DNA of 63,717 nt, filler included, from Lama guanicoe (taxonomy: Eukaryota), in assembly GCA_013239625.1 (NCBI GenBank). It is 74 parts of 74 records of this genome, joined end to end, with 100 filler letters (N's around TTAATTAATTAA, not from the genome) between each part and the next. Parts side by side here need not be neighbours in the genome. Positions count along the whole stretch, not along the records: positions 49,697 to 50,244 come from PNXV01004096.1; positions 50,345 to 51,592 come from MU053870.1; positions 51,693 to 52,807 come from MU053871.1; positions 52,908 to 53,355 come from PNXV01004101.1; positions 53,456 to 53,937 come from PNXV01004102.1; positions 54,038 to 54,773 come from PNXV01004104.1; positions 54,874 to 56,069 come from MU053872.1; positions 56,170 to 57,431 come from MU053874.1; 66 more parts are not named here. The stretch is one strand, 5' to 3'. Shown one piece after another: positions 49,697 to 62,952 of this stretch. The position numbers and the translations under genes were made by a program. The notes beneath the pieces were generated by a model. The model was not told the DNA's origin. It searched no databases and was given only the letters and a program-made list of their open reading frames with translations. Positions within the stretch are counted from its first letter, which is position 1. Every line of letters starts with the position of its first letter.

Positions 49697-50244
49697 CATC
49701 CCAGGGTGTTCTCCATAATGGTTCCTTGTGGGAGCTCATGATTGGGTTAACAAATTATAACAGACCCCAGACGCCTGTCTGTGCTTAGTAACTGCTTTGA
49801 AAGCAGTGGCCTGTGCAACCTGAACCCTGTCTCCTTGCCTTAAAAAGCAGAGACAATTGTTTGCTTGCATAGTTGAGGTTTTAGATAGCACTCTGCTCAT
49901 TGCAAAGCAAGGACCCAGGACCTCAGCTATAAACGCTGGGCTTGTGTGCTGTTAGTCTTTTATCCCCCAAACAAGGACCTGGCTGGTCTGGTGGTCTGCT
50001 TTGTAATGAACATATTTAAAGAATGTATCTAACCCCATGACTTCCCTAAAGATACACTAAGCCTTTTTACTCATGGTGGATTCTACAATCTCTGTCTCAT
50101 CCTGTCTTTCCCCCAAGTTCCTGCTTACTATCACACAACTGTTGATGACTTTTTCCTTTGCTTATACACAATAAATATGAGAGCGCTTGAGAGGGTCATG
50201 GAGTTGGCTCCCTACTCCCTCTCGCTCAGTTAACTATTTCCACA
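49697..50244 (+). mobile_element. Probable ERV LTR fragment
   Basis: U3-like composition with an AATAAATA box near 50170; no termini visible. Confidence 0.4.
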
Positions 50245-50444
50245 NNNNNNNNNNNNNNNNNNNNNNNNNNNNNNNNNNNNNNNNNNNNTTAATTAATTAA
50301 NNNNNNNNNNNNNNNNNNNNNNNNNNNNNNNNNNNNNNNNNNNNTGTTGATTTTTTTAGTTTTCTCAGCTTTCTACTTGCTTATAGTACATAGCGGCAAA
50401 TTCCAAGCTCCCTACATACAGAACTGAAAACTGGGAGTCTATTT

Positions 50445-50850
50445 TTCTTTGATTGCAGAACAATATTCCATTGTAAGGAGGCACACTAGTTTGTTTATGT
50501 ATTCATCTGTTGAAGGATATCTTGGTTATTTCTAGGTTTTGGTGATGATGAATCAAACTTCTGTTAATATTACATGCAGGTTTCAGCACATACATACATT
50601 TTTAAATCAGTTGCACAACTACATAGGAATGTAATTGCTGGATTACATGGTAAGACTGTTGAGAAACATGGTAAAACCGTGTTCAGCTTTGTAAGAAGCT
50701 TCCAAACCGTCTTCCAAAGAGCTATACCATCGTGCATCCCAGCAGCATAAATGAGAGTTCTTTGTGTTCTATATCCGCTCTGGGAATGGCTTATTATCAG
50801 TGATTTGAATTTAGTCATTCTAACAGGTATGTAGTGGTACTTCACTGTCT
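50445..50850 (-). mobile_element. Old LINE-1 ORF2 3' fragment
   Basis: Minus strand MKYHYIPVRMTKFK..LWKTVWKLLTKLN..PCNPAITFL, L1 ORF2 C-terminal motifs. Confidence 0.85.
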
Positions 50851-51692
50851 ATACTTTCATAATCACTTTTTAATGCATTAAAGTACAAAACAAATTTACT
50901 TCCTGAAATGATTCTGGATGTTTTCCCTTTGTACTCCAATGACAAATTTTGGAGCAAAGTGATTGGAACAAAAACCAGTATAATTACTTGTCCTTATTTT
51001 AGACTNNNNNNNNNNNNNNNNNNNNNNNNNNNNNNNNNNNNNNNNNNNNNNNNNNNNNNNNNNNNNNNNNNNNNNNNNNNNNNNNNNNNNNNNNNNNNNN
51101 NNNNNNNNNNNNNNNNNNNNNNNNNNNNNNNNNNNNNNNNNNNNNNNNNNNNNNNNNNNNNNNNNNNNNNNNNNNNNNNNNNNNNNNNNNNNNNNNNNNN
51201 NNNNNNNNNNNNNNNNNNNNNNNNNNNNNNNNNNNNNNNNNNNNNNNNNNNNNNNNNNNNNNNNNNNNNNNNNNNNNNNNNNNNNNNNNNNNNNNNNNNN
51301 NNNNNNNNNNNNNNNNNNTAGACACTATGAAAACTCTATCAAAATGTGTTATTTCTGACAGTGGTAGCAAAAATGGCCCTGTCTTTGATATTTCAGTGTG
51401 TTTCTTTGGTGATCTTTTGGAGTCATTAGTGATCAGTGATATGCTCCACTGGGGATGTAACATTTCTATCCTTTCAGGATCCAAAAGATCATACCAAGTC
51501 TACCCCTTTGTTGGCTGGTATTAAAGTATGAGGGCTACTTTTCTTTAAGAGTCTCAAATGACTTTATTACAAAAAGTAAGCCACTTATTGATNNNNNNNN
51601 NNNNNNNNNNNNNNNNNNNNNNNNNNNNNNNNNNNNTTAATTAATTAANNNNNNNNNNNNNNNNNNNNNNNNNNNNNNNNNNNNNNNNNNNN

Positions 51693-52807
51693 TTTAAAAT
51701 ATAGCATACAGAATACTGAATATAAAATTTAGAATATAGAACATAGAACACAGAATTTGGAATGTAGAATACAGAATGCAGAATATAGAATACAGAGTAT
51801 AGAATATAGAACACAGAATTTAGAATATGGAAATCAGAATATAGAACCCAGAATATAGAACATGGAATGCAGAACACAGAATTTAGAATANNNNNNNNNN
51901 NNNNNNNNNNNNNNNNNNNNNNNNNNNNNNNNNNNNNNNNNNNNNNNNNNNNNNNNNNNNNNNNNNNNNNNNNNNNNNNNNNNNNNNNNNNNNNNNNNNN
52001 NNNNNNNNNNNNNNNNNNNNNNNNNNNNNNNNNNNNNNNNNNNNNNNNNNNNNACAGAATTTAGAATATAGAATGCAGAATACTTAATATAAATTTTCGA
52101 ATATAGAATACGGAATGCAGCATATACGATACAGAATATAGAATGTAGAACACACAATATAGGATATTGCATAGAGTATATGGAACCCAAAATTTAGAAC
52201 ATGGAATGCAGAACACAGAATTTAGAATATAGAATGCAGAATACTTAATATAAATTTTCGAATATAGAATACGGAATGCAGCATATACGATACAGAATAT
52301 AGAATGTAGAACACACAATATAGGATATTGCATAGAGTATATGGAACCCAAAATTTAGAACATGGAATGCAGAACACAGAATTTAGAATATAGAATGCAG
52401 AATACTTAATATAAATTTTCGAATATAGAATACGGAATGCAGCATATACGATACAGAATATAGAATGTAGAACACACAATATAGGATATTGCATAGAGTA
52501 TATGGAACCCAAAATTTAGAACATGGAATGCAGAACACAGAATTTAGAATATAGAATGCAGAATACTTAATATAAATTTTCGAATATAGAATACGGAATG
52601 CAGCATATACGATACAGAATATAGAATGTAGAACACACAATATAGGATATTGCATAGAGTATATGGAACCCAAAATTTAGAACATGGAATGCAGAACACA
52701 GAATTTAGAATACAGAATACAGAATATGGAAATTTGAATATAGAATTTAGAACACAGGATTTAGTATATAGAATAAAGAATACTGAATATAGAATTTAGA
52801 ATATAGA
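51693..52807. repeat. AT-rich 7-bp-based satellite with 161-bp perfect tandem block
   Basis: Identical ORFs offset by 161 bp (52061, 52222, 52383); about 4 identical copies at 52054-52710. Confidence 0.96.
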
Positions 52808-53455
52808 NNNNNNNNNNNNNNNNNNNNNNNNNNNNNNNNNNNNNNNNNNNNTTAATTAATTAANNNNNNNNNNNNNNNNNNNNNNNNNNNNNNNNNNNNN
52901 NNNNNNNGTACAGTTACAATGATTTATATCCAAGAATATTATGCCTCAAATTCTTCTATTAGAAAAAGAAGAAGAAAAAAAAAAACCTGAAAACCAATGA
53001 GTTAAGCATTTATTCAAAAAATTAGAAGAGAGAGTGAAATAAAATTATATATAAAGTGACTTCTATTCTTGTCTATGATGGAAAGATTATATAACATTAA
53101 TCCTACTACTGATAATAATTATTCAAGAATAATTATACTGGGTAAAAATTAAAAAAAAAACTGCTTGAAGTCATCAGAGATCAGCTAAGGTAGACAGGAT
53201 GTGAGCATCCAAGATCTTAAAGAGAAGATAAGCCCATTGAGGGCAACATCACATTAGCTTCCATTTGTTTCCCCAAGGGGATTTGCTAATTTGTGGAAAA
53301 AGGAAGAGCAGTAGAAAGCAGCAGCTTGTGGTTTCTGATAGTCTCACTGAACTGGNNNNNNNNNNNNNNNNNNNNNNNNNNNNNNNNNNNNNNNNNNNNT
53401 TAATTAATTAANNNNNNNNNNNNNNNNNNNNNNNNNNNNNNNNNNNNNNNNNNNN

Positions 53456-53937
53456 TTCATATTCTATTTCATTAAAGGTTACTGCAAGATGTTGAATCTA
53501 TTTCGCTGTGCTTTACAGTATAAATCTGTTGTTTATCTATTTTATGTATTGTAGTTAGTATCTGCAAATCTCGAGCTCTCAATTTACCCGTTCCCACTCC
53601 CTTCACCTCTGATAACAATAGTTTGTTCGCTCTGTCTGTGAGTCTGTTTCTTTTTTGCAGATAAGTCCATTTGCTTCTTCTCCTTTATATTCCACACTTA
53701 AGTGATATCATATGGTATTTATATTTCACTTTCTATAATTTCACTTAGAATGCCCATCTCCAAGTCTACCTATGTGTTGCAAATGGCATTATTTTATTCT
53801 TGTTTATGCCTTAAGTTGTATTCCACTGTGTAAATGTACCACAACTTATTTATCCAGTTATCTGTCGTTGGACATTTAGGTGTTTCTGTGTCTTGGCTAT
53901 TGTAAGTAGTACTGCTGTGAACATTGGGGTGCATGTA
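53456..53937 (-). mobile_element. LINE-1 ORF2 end / 3' UTR fragment
   Basis: Homologous to 36687-37020 and to the reverse complement of 1095-1530. Confidence 0.88.
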
Positions 53938-54637
53938 NNNNNNNNNNNNNNNNNNNNNNNNNNNNNNNNNNNNNNNNNNNNTTAATTAATTAANNNNNNN
54001 NNNNNNNNNNNNNNNNNNNNNNNNNNNNNNNNNNNNNCTAATTCCCTAATTTATTCCTAAAATACTGGTCACATGGTTCTATGCTGATGCCTTAGTAGTT
54101 GATTACTAAGAGACTCAACAATGAGAATGGGGGTGGGGCCCCCTGGATCATAGAGCTTATATTCCAGGATATGCTTGTAAAAGACAGGATTGCAGTGGAT
54201 TTTTAGTAAATGTCCATTCCTTTCCTAATCCCCATTGATTGTGTATATATCTTTATACTAATATATGAACAATTTTTTTTGCAATTTAAATCTCTTTGTA
54301 GTATTTAAAGAATGTAGCTATAACAAAAATACATGAAATAAAATGACGACTATTATTTTCCTTTCAATAAGCAAAACAAAAAAATAGAAAAGAAAAGAAA
54401 AGTTATTGAAGGAGTAGAAATAATTTTATTTCCGTGGAATCAACTCCCTATGTTAGGTTTTTCCGTTGTGTTGTTCAACAGCATATAAAATTGACAGGTT
54501 GTGACTTCAGTGTTGATAGCTAGGTATTTTTGTGGTTGTCTTTGATGAATTATTTGCACTAGATCATAAATGATGTGCATGTTACATATTGGAAACAAGG
54601 AAACATTGGAGACATACTACCTCCAATGCATTCATTT

Positions 54638-54773
54638 TGTTACCGAGTCCAAACTCGTTCTGCTAGCAGCATGACAGGCCAATAAACTGGGAGATGAGGT
54701 GTTGGAGCAAGAAACAGTGACTTTACTTGCAATGCTGGCAGACCCAGAAGACGGCAGACTGATATCCTGGAGA
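54638..54773 (-). mobile_element. ERV1-type LTR terminus
   Basis: Abrupt TGTTACCGAGTCCAAACTCGTTCTGCT..GAGATGAGGTGTTGGAGCAAG..GACTTTA, typical antisense LTR end. Confidence 0.55.
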
Positions 54774-54873
54774 NNNNNNNNNNNNNNNNNNNNNNNNNNN
54801 NNNNNNNNNNNNNNNNNTTAATTAATTAANNNNNNNNNNNNNNNNNNNNNNNNNNNNNNNNNNNNNNNNNNNN

Positions 54874-56069
54874 CTGAATATAGAATTTAGAATATAGAAT
54901 GTAGTATACTGAATATAGAATTAAGAATTTAGAATATAGAACAAAGAATATAGAATAGATAATAGAGAATAGAGAACCCAGAATTTAGAACATGGTATGT
55001 AGAACACAGAAATTAAAATATAGAATACAGAATACTGAACATAGGATTTAGAAAATAAATGTAAATACACAGAATATAGAATATAGAATACGGAACACAG
55101 AATATANNNNNNNNNNNNNNNNNNNNNNNNNNNNNNNNNNNNNNNNNNNNNNNNNNNNNNNNNNNNNNNNNNNNNNNNNNNNNNNNNNNNNNNNNNNNNN
55201 NNNNNNNNNNNNNNNNNNNNNNNNNNNNNNNNNNNNNNNNNNNNNNNNNNNNNNNNNNNNNNNNNNNNNNNNNNNNNNNNNNNNNNNNNNNNNNNNNNNN
55301 NNNNNNNNNNNNNNNNNNNNNNNNNNNNNNNNNNNNNNNNNNNNNNNNNNNNNNNNNNNNNNNNNNNNNNNNNNNNNNNNNNNNNNNNNNNNNNNNNNNN
55401 NNNNNNNNNNNNNNNNNNNNNNNNNNNNNNNNNNAATACAGAATACTGAATATAGGATTAAGAGTAAAGGATGAAGAACACAGAATTTAAACTATAGAAT
55501 ACAGAATACTGAATATAGAATTTAGAATATAGAATGTAGAACACAGAATATAGAATATAGAAAAAGGAATGCAGAATATAGAATGAAGAACAGAGAATTC
55601 AGATTATAGAAAAGAGAATATAGAACCCAGAATTTAGATGATGGAATGCAGAACACAGAAGTTAGAATACAGAATACAGAATAATTAATATAGAATATAG
55701 AATATAGAAAGTATAACACAGAATATAGAATAAAGAATANNNNNNNNNNNNNNNNNNNNNNNNNNNNNNNNNNNNNNNNNNNNNNNNNNNNNNNNNNNNN
55801 NNNNNNNNNNNNNNNNNNNNNNNNNNNNNNNNNNNNNNNNNNNNNNNNNNNNNNNNNNNNNNNNNNNNNNNNNGAGTATAGAATGTAGAATAATGAATAT
55901 AGAATTTAGAATATAGAATGTAGAACACAGAATATAGAAAATAGAATAGGGAAGGCAGAATAAACAATGTAGAATATAGAATGAAGAACTCAGAATACAG
56001 ATTATAGAAAAGAGACTATTGAAGCCAGAATTTAGAACATGGAATGCAGAACACAGAATTGAGAATATA
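54874..56069. repeat. AT-rich 7-bp-based satellite
   Basis: AGAATAT periodicity. Confidence 0.95.
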
Positions 56070-56169
56070 NNNNNNNNNNNNNNNNNNNNNNNNNNNNNNN
56101 NNNNNNNNNNNNNTTAATTAATTAANNNNNNNNNNNNNNNNNNNNNNNNNNNNNNNNNNNNNNNNNNNN

Positions 56170-57431
56170 AGTGTAGACAAGTTAAGAGATTTTATAAAAA
56201 ACAAGGCCGTGCTCTCAGTAGGAGGAGGCTGCCCACTCTCAGGATATGTGTGCAAGTGTTCGTGTGTGTGCTGGATGTGTGGAAACAGACTCCACGGATC
56301 TTTATGGGGGCACAGGTGTTCCCAGGTTAGGGATGTAGTTTAAACACCTCCACAAACCATTTAGAGGTCATCGCAAATACTTGGTTTCAGAGCCCAAACC
56401 NNNNNNNNNNNNNNNNNNNNNNNNNNNNNNNNNNNNNNNNNNNNNNNNNNNNNNNNNNNNNNNNNNTTAGAACCCATGCTGTTAGTTGGAGGAACTTCCC
56501 TGCACTCAGAATTCCAGGACACATTCTTAGGTGTGGGAGAGATGTGCAGCCCCACTCCAACCAGATGAATGGAGGGAAAGGAGTTCCGTTTAGGGAGAAG
56601 TCCTCTAGGTATTTCCTCAATGAATCAGGGGGCACTCAATGCTACTTGGCCTCCAACCCCAACGCCCAGCTTTCCCTCATGGCCTGGTCTAAAGGAACAC
56701 TCAGGGAACAGAAGCTAAGGGATACTAATAGAATCCAGGTGCTGCTGTCAGTTTGAGGAACTTCCCCACACTCAGAATACCAGAACACTTTTTCGTGTGT
56801 GTCCTGGATGTAAGGAAAAAGTCCAACATATTTCAGGGGGCACATTTATTCCATGGTTGGGGGGTTGTAGGTTAAAAACCCACATCCCATGGATAGGCTC
56901 TCGCTAATATTTGGTTTAGGGCACAACCCCCTCTTTCCCCCTCTCTCCAGCCTAGGCATGCCATCAGGGAAGTCAAACTAAGGGATTCTATTAGAACCCA
57001 GGCGCTGCTGTCATTTGGAGGAGCCTCCCCACAATCAGGATACCTGAGCANNNNNNNNNNNNNNNNNNNNNNNNNNNNNNNNNNNNNNNNNNNNNNNNNN
57101 NNNNNNNNNNNNNNNNNNNNNNNNNNNNNNNNNNNNNNNNNNNNNNNNNNNNNNNNNNNNNNNNNNNNNNNNNNNNNNNNNNNNNNNNNNNNNNNNNNNN
57201 NNNNNNNNNNNNNNNNNNNNNNNNNNNNNNNNNNNNNNNNNNNNNNNNNNNNNNNNNNNNNNNNNNNNNNNNNNNNNNNNNNNNNNNNNNNNNNNNNNNN
57301 NNNNNNNNNNNNNNNNNNNNNGGTGGGGAAACACACGCATTATTCAGGGGGCACAGTTATTCCATGGTTGTTGGTTGTAGGTAAACACCCACATCCCATG
57401 GATAGGCTCTCGATAATACTTGGTTTAGAGC
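56170..57431. repeat. Diverged subfamily of the 267-bp satellite (higher-order)
   Basis: Diverged monomers about 265 bp apart (CTCAGAAT at 56505 and 56771); colinear with 23771-24596. Confidence 0.82.
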
Positions 57432-57531
57432 NNNNNNNNNNNNNNNNNNNNNNNNNNNNNNNNNNNNNNNNNNNNTTAATTAATTAANNNNNNNNNNNNN
57501 NNNNNNNNNNNNNNNNNNNNNNNNNNNNNNN

Positions 57532-58338
57532 GCAATCCCAGTGACAGAGGCTGCCTCCTCAAGGTCAGGGAATGTATTTCACAGAATTCCTCCTAACAGG
57601 GAACAACTGTGAATGAAGAGAGCTGCGTGGAGTTGTCTCTCGAGCTCCCCACGCACTGACAATGGTTCCGGAATCCTGAGCTTGGGGAGGTTCCACCAAC
57701 GGTCGGCAGCGCGTGGGTTCTAACGGAATGCCTAAGCTCGTCTCCCCTGGGTTTTTTCCTAATGTCTCTNNNNNNNNNNNNNNNNNNNNNNNNNNNNNNN
57801 NNNNNNNNNNNNNNNNNNNNNNNNNNNNNNNNNNNNNNNNNNNNNNNNNNNNNNNNNNNNNNNNNNNNNNNNNNNNNNNNNNNNNNNNNNNNNNNNNNNN
57901 NNNNNNNNNNNNNNNNNNNNNNNNNNNNNNNNNNNNNNNNNNNNNNNNNNNNNNNNNNNNNNNNNNNNNNNNNNNNNNNNNNNNNNNNNNNNNNNNNNNN
58001 NNNNNNCTCGTCTCCCCTGGGTTTTTTCCTTATGTCTCTGTGCCAGGGAATGCTAGGGGCTTTTGCAGGCAATCCCAGTGACAGAGGCTGCCTCCCCAAG
58101 ATCAGGGAAATTATTTCTCAGAATTCCCTCTAACAAGGAACACCTGTGACTGAAGAGAGCTGCGTGTTGTTGTCCCTCGAGCTCCCCACGCACTGACAAT
58201 TTTTCCGGATACCTGAGCGTGGGGAGATTCCACCAACGTTGGGCGCACTTGGGTTCTAACGGAATGCCTATGCTCGACTGCCCTGGGTTTTTTGCTAATA
58301 TCTCTGTGCCAGGGAATGCTAGGGGGGTTTGCAGGAAA
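57532..58338. repeat. GC-rich 267-bp satellite
   Basis: Same monomer as 4644-5468. Confidence 0.95.
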
Positions 58339-58438
58339 NNNNNNNNNNNNNNNNNNNNNNNNNNNNNNNNNNNNNNNNNNNNTTAATTAATTAANNNNNN
58401 NNNNNNNNNNNNNNNNNNNNNNNNNNNNNNNNNNNNNN

Positions 58439-59198
58439 TAATTCTGTTCTGCGTTCCATGTTCTAAATTCTGGGTTCTGCATTCTGTGTACTACATTCTA
58501 TACTCTGTATTCTGTATTCTACATTCTATATTCTGTTTTCTACATTCTATATTCTACATTCTATATTTTGAGTTCTATACTCTATATTCTAAATTCTATG
58601 TTGTGAATTGCATGTTCTAAATTCTGGGTTCTGCATTCTGTGTACTACATTCTATACTCTGTATTCTGTATTCTACATTCTATATTTTGAGTTCTATACT
58701 CTATATTCTAAATTCTATGTTGTGAATTGCATGTTCTAAATTCTGGGTTCTGCATTCTGTGTACTACATTCTATACTCTGTATTCTGTATTCTATAGTTT
58801 GTGTTCTACATTCTAAAATCTACATTCCATATTCTGTATGCTGTACTCTCTATTTAAAATTTTGTGTTCTGAATTCCACGTTATAAATTCTGGGTTCTGT
58901 ATTTTGTATTCTATATTCTATATTCTGTGTTCTACATTCTATATTCAACATTCTGTATACTGTATTCCATATTATAAATTCTGTGTTCTGAATTCCATGT
59001 TCTAAATTCTGNNNNNNNNNNNNNNNNNNNNNNNNNNNNNNNNNNNNNNNNNNNNNNNNNNNNNNNNNNNNNNNNNNNNNNNNNNNNNNNNNNNNNNNNN
59101 NNNNNNNNNNNNNNNNNNNNNNNNNNNTCTATATTCTATATTCTGTATTCGGTACTCTATATTCTAAATTCTGTGTTCTGAATTCCATGTTGTATAAT
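58439..59198. repeat. AT-rich 7-bp-based satellite
   Basis: Internal duplications offset 154 bp (22x7) and 119 bp (17x7). Confidence 0.95.
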
Positions 59199-59298
59199 NN
59201 NNNNNNNNNNNNNNNNNNNNNNNNNNNNNNNNNNNNNNNNNNTTAATTAATTAANNNNNNNNNNNNNNNNNNNNNNNNNNNNNNNNNNNNNNNNNNNN

Positions 59299-60390
59299 CT
59301 ATTCCATTGTATTTTCTTGCCTCCTTTGTCAAAGTTTAATTGACCAATAATTTGTGGGTTGATTTCTGGGCTCTCTATTCTTTTCCATTGGCCTATATGT
59401 CTGTTTTCCTACCAATAGAGTGCTGTCATGTTGACTGTAGCTCTATAGTATTATCTTAATCATTAGCGTAAAGAAATGCCACTGATTTTTGAACCTTAAT
59501 CTTGTAACCTGCCACCTTGCTGAATTGTTTGATCACCTATAGTAATTTTTGTCTGGGTCTTGAAGGGTTTTCTATATATAGTAACATATTTTCGGCATAT
59601 AGTGAGAGTTTTACCTCTTACTTTCCAATTTGCATCCCTTTTACTTCTCTCTCTTGTTTGATTACTCTGGCTAGGTCTTCCAAGATTATATTGAGTTGGA
59701 GTGGTGATAGTGTGCATCCTTTCCTTTTCCCACATTTTAGTGGGAAGATTTTAACTTTCTCATCATTGAGTNNNNNNNNNNNNNNNNNNNNNNNNNNNNN
59801 NNNNNNNNNNNNNNNNNNNNNNNNNNNNNNNNNNNNNNNNNNNNNNNNNNNNNNNNNNNNNNNNNNNNNNNNNNNNNNNNNNNNNNNNNNNNNNNNNNNN
59901 NNNNNNNNNNNNNNNNNNNNNNNNNNNNNNNNNNNNNNNNNNNNNNNNNNNNNNNNNNNNNNNNNNNNNNNNNNNNNNNNNNNNNNNNNNNNNNNNNNNN
60001 NNNNNNNNNNNNNNNNNNNNNNNNNNNNNNNNNNNNNNNNNNNNNNNNNNNNNNNNNNNNNNNNNNNNNNNNNNNNNNNNNNNNNNNNNNNNNNNNNNNN
60101 NNNNNNNNNNNNNNNNNNNNNNNNNNNNNNNNNNNNNNNNNNNNNNNNNNNNNNNNNNNNNNNNNNNNNNNNNNNNNNNNNNNNNNNNNNNNNNNNNNNN
60201 NNNNNNNNNNNNNNNNNNNNNNNNNNNNNNNNNNNNNNNNNNNNNNNNNNNNNNNNNNNNNNNNNNNNNNNNNNNNNNNNNNNNNNNNNNNNNNNNNNNN
60301 NNNNNNNNNNNNNGAATATAATTTGTTGGTAGTGTCTTTGTCTGGTTGTGGTATCAGTGTGATTGTGGCTTCATAGAATCACTTTGGGAG
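59299..60390 (-). mobile_element. LINE-1 ORF2 RT fragment, degenerate
   Basis: Minus strand KLSLYAENMLLYIENP..FSKVAGYKI. Confidence 0.9.
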
Positions 60391-60759
60391 NNNNNNNNNN
60401 NNNNNNNNNNNNNNNNNNNNNNNNNNNNNNNNNNTTAATTAATTAANNNNNNNNNNNNNNNNNNNNNNNNNNNNNNNNNNNNNNNNNNNNAGTCTACACT
60501 AGATACCTGATATTACCTGACCAGTAGAGTTGAAGAAGTTAAGTAAAAGAAACAGGAAGTACCATTTTCAGTTCTAAAGATATTGAAGGCCCAGAAGATA
60601 AGCTTTCAAACAACTAGACAGCAAAACGCTCTCCAGACCAAGTGTTGAAAATGGAGGTCTGGAAAACCCTGAAGAAAACAGTGTCTCAGAATCACACAAG
60701 GCAGAATACCAGAAAAGGGGAAGAGAAAGCCTAAAGACGAGCTAAATAATATCAGAAAA

Positions 60760-61379
60760 CTCAGTGGATGAGAAAATATCAGGGCTAACATTCCGATAAA
60801 ATTCAGTCCTTAGCAGACTAGATAATGCAGAGGGACGCGTGAATGAATGTGAAGACAGGGGAACAGAAATCCCTCGGTCAGAAGCGGACCTAGGAAAGCA
60901 AGTGCAAACCAACGAAAATATTGCTATTGAATACTGGGTTAAGACAGGGCATGAAAGACTAGAATTCATAAGAGTCCAAGATAGAAAAGCAAGAGGTAAA
61001 GAAACAAAAATGTCTGAAAATTTATGTGAAGAATTTCAGACTGAATCTTGCTTAAAGCCAAGAAAGAGTCATCTATGCGAATTCACGAAGTACACAGCAT
61101 CCTAAGGAGGTGGAACCCCAATAGACCTACCAGCAGCTGTATGATTCAAATCAACAAAGTTCACGAATATTCCAGTGATTTACAATGCACCTGGAGGAAA
61201 CAACATAGTCAGAATGGAACCTCCAGAGGAGTATCAGCTGATATCTCGGCAGCAATATTGCAGGACAGAGAGGAGTGCCAGGACACAGACGATAACCTGA
61301 ATGGACAAATGCTGCCACATAGGGAAGCCTTGCCCCATAACCATCATTTCTAATAATGGCAGATTTTGAGAATTCCACA
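60760..61379 (+). mobile_element. Highly diverged LINE-1 ORF1-like (L1 or HAL1) fragment
   Basis: SRLDNAEGRVNECEDRGTEIPRSE..; RWNPNRPT..; GTSRGVSADISAAILQDREECQD align to ORF1p coiled-coil, RRM and CTD; frameshifted. Confidence 0.75.
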
Positions 61380-61479
61380 NNNNNNNNNNNNNNNNNNNNN
61401 NNNNNNNNNNNNNNNNNNNNNNNTTAATTAATTAANNNNNNNNNNNNNNNNNNNNNNNNNNNNNNNNNNNNNNNNNNNN

Positions 61480-61937
61480 TGAAAATATAAAGATCAAGAA
61501 GAAATAATTGAAATAGAGTTTAAAAAATGGAAAAAAATCAATCAATTTATTTTTTGAAAGGGTAAACAAAATTGACAAACCTCTGGACAGGCTCACCAAC
61601 AAGAAAAGAGAGAGAACAGAAATAATATTAAAAATGAAAATGGATAAACTTCAAAGGGTACAACAAATTTACCAAATATCATAAGGGAATACCATGAGCA
61701 ATTGTATGGAAACNNNNNNNNNNNNNNNNNNNNNNNNNNNNNNNNNNNNNNNNNNNNNNNNNNNNNNNNNNNNNNNNNNNNNNNNAGTTAGCCATTTGAA
61801 CAAACAGATCACCAGAAATGGAATAGAATTATCAATAAAATAAAAAATCTCTGCAAACAAAATTCAAACCCAAATAGCTTCACAGGGATTGACCAAACAT
61901 ACTAAGAAAAATCCATACCAGTCCTCCTCAATCTCTT
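61480..61937 (+). mobile_element. LINE-1 ORF2 fragment (between EN and RT)
   Basis: FFERVNKIDKPLDRLTNKKRER..IIREYHEQLYGN motifs. Confidence 0.88.
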
Positions 61938-62037
61938 NNNNNNNNNNNNNNNNNNNNNNNNNNNNNNNNNNNNNNNNNNNNTTAATTAATTAANNNNNNN
62001 NNNNNNNNNNNNNNNNNNNNNNNNNNNNNNNNNNNNN

Positions 62038-62852
62038 TGCTAGGGGAGTTTGCCGGAATTCCCAGTGACAGAGGCTGCCTCCCCAACGTCAGGTAAGCTA
62101 TTTCTCGGACTTCCACGAATAGGGAAAACCTGTGACTGAAGAGAGCTTCGTGGAGTTGTCTCTCGAGCTCCCCCACGCACTGACAATGGTTCCGGAATCC
62201 TGAGCGTGGGGAGGTTCCACCAACGGTCGGCAGCGCGTGGGTTCTAACGGAATGCCTAAGCTCGTCTTCCCTGAGGGTTTTCCTAATTTCTCTGTGCCAG
62301 GGAATGCTAGGGGGGTTTACAGGAATTCCCACGGACAGAGGCTGCCTCCCCAAGGTCAGGGAAGGTATTCCTCGGACTTCACCGAACAGGGAACACCTGT
62401 GACTGAAGAGAGCTGCGTGGAGTTGTCTCTCGAGCTCCCCCACGCACTGACAATGGTTCCGGAATCCTGAGCGTGGGGAGGTTCCACCAACGGTCGGCAG
62501 CGCGTGGGTTCTAACAGAATNNNNNNNNNNNNNNNNNNNNNNNNNNNNNNNNNNNNNNNNNNNNNNNNNNNNNNNNNNNNNNNNNNNNNNNNNNNNNNNN
62601 NNNNNNNNNNNNNNNNNNNNNNNNNNNNNNNNNNNNNNNNNNNNNNNNNNNNNNNNNNNNNNNNNNNNNNNNNNNNNNNNNNNNNNCTCCCCCACGCACT
62701 GACAATGGTTCCGTAATCCTGAGCGTGGGGAGGTTCCACCAACGGTCGGCAGCGCGTGGGTTCTAACGGAATGCCTAAGTTCATCTCCCCTGAGCGTTTT
62801 CCAAATATCTCTGTGCCAGGGAATGCTAGGGGGGTTTCCAGGAATTCCCAGG
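62038..62852. repeat. GC-rich 267-bp satellite
   Basis: GAGAGCT at 62141 and 62408 (267-bp period). Confidence 0.96.
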
Positions 62853-62952
62853 NNNNNNNNNNNNNNNNNNNNNNNNNNNNNNNNNNNNNNNNNNNNTTAA
62901 TTAATTAANNNNNNNNNNNNNNNNNNNNNNNNNNNNNNNNNNNNNNNNNNNN

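Noticed and set aside
995..62952. Identical palindromic repeat separating unique 'spacers' (CRISPR-like look)
   Set aside because: The repeat is embedded in fixed N44 pads, spacers are 0.4-1.4 kb of mammalian DNA and there are no cas genes; it is an assembly linker
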